Source of the DNA: an uncultured virus (IMG/VR IMGVR_UViG_3300042894_003697)
Taxonomy: Duplodnaviria > Heunggongvirae > Uroviricota > Caudoviricetes
Virus record (IMG/VR): IMGVR_UViG_3300042894_003697
DNA: 64,000 nt
Direction: 5' to 3' (one strand)
Of the stretch, positions 61,542 through 64,000 are shown piece after piece. The translations under genes and the position numbers were made by a program. The notes beneath the pieces are model-generated. The model made no database searches. It was given only the letters and a program-made list of their open reading frames with translations, and was not told the DNA's origin. Position 1 is the stretch's first letter; every line of letters begins with the position of its first letter.

Positions 61542-62862
61542 CATAGAATTTAAACAACAAGTACTAGACACCAAAAGTGCCAGCTTCTGTGCGGCCAAAT
61601 GGTACAATGCCACTATATGGTTGGGTTCAGGACAGACCACCAGTTGTCACCACCCACTGCCACATGCTATAGATGTTGACGACATTAAACGCAATCCTAG
61701 TGCATTGCACAACACGCAGAAGAAAAAAATGGAACGTGAGCAGATGCAACGAGGTGAACGTCCCAGCGGGTGTGAATACTGCTGGAAGATAGAAGACATT
61801 GGCAGAGATAATATTAGCGACCGTGTGTATAAAAGTAAAATTTACCCTATAGAGGAACTCAACCGTGCATTCAGAACACCTGCTAGGGAAGACTTTGATC
61901 TCAAAACGCTTGAAATTGCGTTTGATCGTACTTGCCAATTTGCTTGTAGTTATTGCAACCCTGCTTTCAGTAGCACATGGGTCAATGACATTAAAAAACA
62001 CGGCGCCTATACCAATTTGGTGTCCGATGGCCGCAATCACTTTACTCACACTCACGACGGCAGTCAACTATACCGTTTTGGTGAAATCAATCCATACGTT
62101 GAAGCATTTTTTAAGTGGTGGGAAACTGATCTTCACAAAACTCTTCAAGAGCTCAGAATAACCGGCGGTGAACCGTTGATGAGTGCAGAGACATGGAAAC
62201 TGATTGAATGGTTTAAAGCCAACAAAGGACGTAGCAAAACACGTCTGGCCATCAACAGCAATCTAGGCACTGATGTTGACATAGATCGTTTGCTTGAGGC
62301 CATTGATGGAGTCGAAGTTGATTTATATACCAGTAACGAGTCAACAAGCCTACAGTCTGAATATATTCGTGATGGACTTGTGTGGGATGATTGGGTCAAC
62401 AATGTAGAACGGTTACTTGATTCTGGAAAATTCCGCAGTATTCATGTCATGTGCACAATCAATGCGCTGTGTTTAGATAGCTTGGATAGTTTGCTTTCTT
62501 GCATACACAATTGGAAAATTGAATATGGAAGAGATGCAATTAGTTTTACTTTAAATATATTACGTTTTCCCAGCTTTCAATCGCCATTGGTGTTGCCAAA
62601 CAACATGCGTGAACAATATAAAACCTGTCTTGAACAGTGGTTGTATCAAAATGACGGAGAGTTTTTACATGAACACGAGCATAATCATATACAACGATTA
62701 ATTGACTATCTTGATGTAGTTAAAACTCCGCATGCCGAATCGGCCAAATTAACTGTGCTTCAACAAGATTTTAAACAATTTTACACACAATACGATCAGC
62801 GTCGTGAAAAAGACTTCGGTTCCACGTTCCCCGAATTAAAAGATTGGTACGACTCATTGTGA
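61534..62862 (+). CDS. Radical SAM protein with N-terminal twitch-like Cys cluster (paralogue of 54525-55937)
   Basis: FCAAKW...SCHHP...CEYCW, CQFACSYC, TGGEPL; shares SALHNT, NPYVEAF..WW and EYIR.GL..D with the paralogue. Confidence 0.88.
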   Translation: MNDIEFKQQVLDTKSASFCAAKWYNATIWLGSGQTTSCHHPLPHAIDVDDIKRNPSALHNTQKKKMEREQMQRGERPSGCEYCWKIEDIGRDNISDRVYKSKIYPIEELNRAFRTPAREDFDLKTLEIAFDRTCQFACSYCNPAFSSTWVNDIKKHGAYTNLVSDGRNHFTHTHDGSQLYRFGEINPYVEAFFKWWETDLHKTLQELRITGGEPLMSAETWKLIEWFKANKGRSKTRLAINSNLGTDVDIDRLLEAIDGVEVDLYTSNESTSLQSEYIRDGLVWDDWVNNVERLLDSGKFRSIHVMCTINALCLDSLDSLLSCIHNWKIEYGRDAISFTLNILRFPSFQSPLVLPNNMREQYKTCLEQWLYQNDGEFLHEHEHNHIQRLIDYLDVVKTPHAESAKLTVLQQDFKQFYTQYDQRREKDFGSTFPELKDWYDSL

Positions 62863-63734
62863 AAATACTAGGTACATTATTTGTACTACTGTTAAATACT
62901 GCGGCATTAGCAGATGTAGTCAAGATATATTCTCCATATGCTCCGTCGCATTCGGCCACTCCTGCTATGTTTAAAATCATTAATCAGGCCAACAAATCGC
63001 AACACACTTATTCTTTTGTGCTGGAATTCAAGCCCGGCGGCAACCAAATGATTGCTCTACAAGCATTGGATGCAACCAGCCTGGCCGTTATTGCTCCGGC
63101 CTTTGTAGAAAATGTAGCCGCAGGTAAGATCTTAGAGTCGGACTATGTGCCTGTTCATGCTCTGGGCGATGCTTGCTGGACAGTGATCACAAATGGTAGC
63201 ATTACGGATCAAAAAGAAATGACTGTGGGCGGAGTGGGTATTGGTAATGCCACACATTTAACAGCCCTGGCACTAGGCGAGAAATATGGCTTTAGCGTTA
63301 GATATATAGTGTTCAAAAGCAACAACGATGCCTTGGTAAACATGGCCGGCAACAATGGAATTTTTATGGTAATTGATCGTTACGAATCATATCAAACACT
63401 AAAAACCAAAAATGCCAAGTTGCAAGCATTTGCGGCATCCTGTCCCACTAGACTGCCGCAGGCACCCAGTGTTCAAACTCTGCATGAAATAGGTATTGAT
63501 GCGCCGTATGTGTTCAACATCATTGTGGCACATAGATCAATGACGGCCACACAGCGTCAAGCAATAGCAACTGTGTTAAATGATGCACAACGAGCTGTTG
63601 GATACAGTGAAATTTTTAACTTGTCTGGGGTAAAAATCCCCGACATCTCGGCAGAAGAATTCTATGCTAAATCTGTTGCACAAGTTAAAAGATTGCAAGA
63701 AAAATATAGAAAAGAAATTAATCAATCACGATGA
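62859..63734 (+). CDS. Tripartite tricarboxylate transporter substrate-binding protein (TctC/Bug-like), secreted
   Basis: Signal peptide from GTG 62859 (MKILGTLFVLLLNTAALA), EFKPGGNQMIA, GIGNATHL, FKSNNDAL, RLPQAPSVQTLHEIG. Confidence 0.7.
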   Translation: MKILGTLFVLLLNTAALADVVKIYSPYAPSHSATPAMFKIINQANKSQHTYSFVLEFKPGGNQMIALQALDATSLAVIAPAFVENVAAGKILESDYVPVHALGDACWTVITNGSITDQKEMTVGGVGIGNATHLTALALGEKYGFSVRYIVFKSNNDALVNMAGNNGIFMVIDRYESYQTLKTKNAKLQAFAASCPTRLPQAPSVQTLHEIGIDAPYVFNIIVAHRSMTATQRQAIATVLNDAQRAVGYSEIFNLSGVKIPDISAEEFYAKSVAQVKRLQEKYRKEINQSR

Positions 63735-64000
63735 CATACCGATATAATTCAACAGATCTAGTCCGAACCACCGAACTCACTGTTCGCGAACAGTTTCTTT
63801 TACAGGACTCAAAAACCTTCTGCATGTATCCTTGGATTCATTTACATGCTTATCCCACAGGCGAAGCATATCCTTGCTGTCATGCTGAAATGAAGCCAGG
63901 TGTTATGGGCAACTGTAGAACAAATACGCTAGAAGAAATATGGCGCGGAGAGCCCATGCAGAAGTTACGTGCGCACATGTTAAGCGAAACTCCTCATGCT
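63731..64000 (+). CDS. Twitch-domain radical SAM-like protein, 5' part; runs off the window edge
   Basis: Hand translation MTYRYNSTDL...KTFCMYPWIHLHAYPTGEAYPCCHAE...GNCRTNTLEEIW; the CxxxCxxC motif is not within the window. Confidence 0.75.
   Translation, partial: MTYRYNSTDLVRTTELTVREQFLLQDSKTFCMYPWIHLHAYPTGEAYPCCHAEMKPGVMGNCRTNTLEEIWRGEPMQKLRAHMLSETPHA

Noticed and set aside
28332..62980. Numerous 60-146 aa ORFs antisense or out of frame within long genes
   Set aside because: No motifs or translation signals; expected shadows of long coding regions.
1..64000. Stop-codon reassignment (alternative genetic code)
   Set aside because: Genes are full length in code 11, and TAA, TAG and TGA all end conserved genes. 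The two in-frame stops noted are TAA and isolated.
1..64000. CRISPR array, TIGR-like array, tRNA genes, IS elements, inteins
   Set aside because: No regularly spaced repeat-spacer units, cloverleafs, transposase or intein motifs seen by eye; a dedicated scan was not run.

Overview
This window is part of a large T4-like (myovirus) bacteriophage genome that uses the standard genetic code. The minus strand at 1-8.2 kb carries the head module (major capsid gp23, truncated at the window edge; scaffold gp22; protease gp21; an acidic core protein; portal gp20) and a tape-measure-like protein with a tail lysozyme domain. Divergently follows a tail/baseplate-hub assembly chaperone with a likely -1 frameshift extension, then an accessory operon (DUF1415-like, amidinotransferase, aminoacyl-tRNA-protein-transferase-like, small barrel protein, SGNH-like). 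The minus strand at 12.5-19.1 kb has late sigma gp55, gp47/gp46 separated by a glycosyltransferase-like gene, a radical SAM gene, and a small GIY-YIG protein followed by a ~400-nt GC-rich, pseudoknot-rich non-coding region that looks like a large structured RNA. The plus strand at 19.2-49.2 kb is the baseplate/tail module, including a 4773-aa protein. From 49.3 kb to the end is a dense glycan-modification island: glycosyltransferases, GDP-6-deoxyheptose-type enzymes, radical SAM paralogues, SGNH and sulfotransferase-like proteins, and a TctC/Bug-type binding protein. The best candidates for novelty are the GIY-YIG-linked structured RNA, the frameshifted chaperone, the ATE1-like/amidinotransferase operon and the glycosylation machinery. 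All calls come from reading motifs by eye; no database searches were run.
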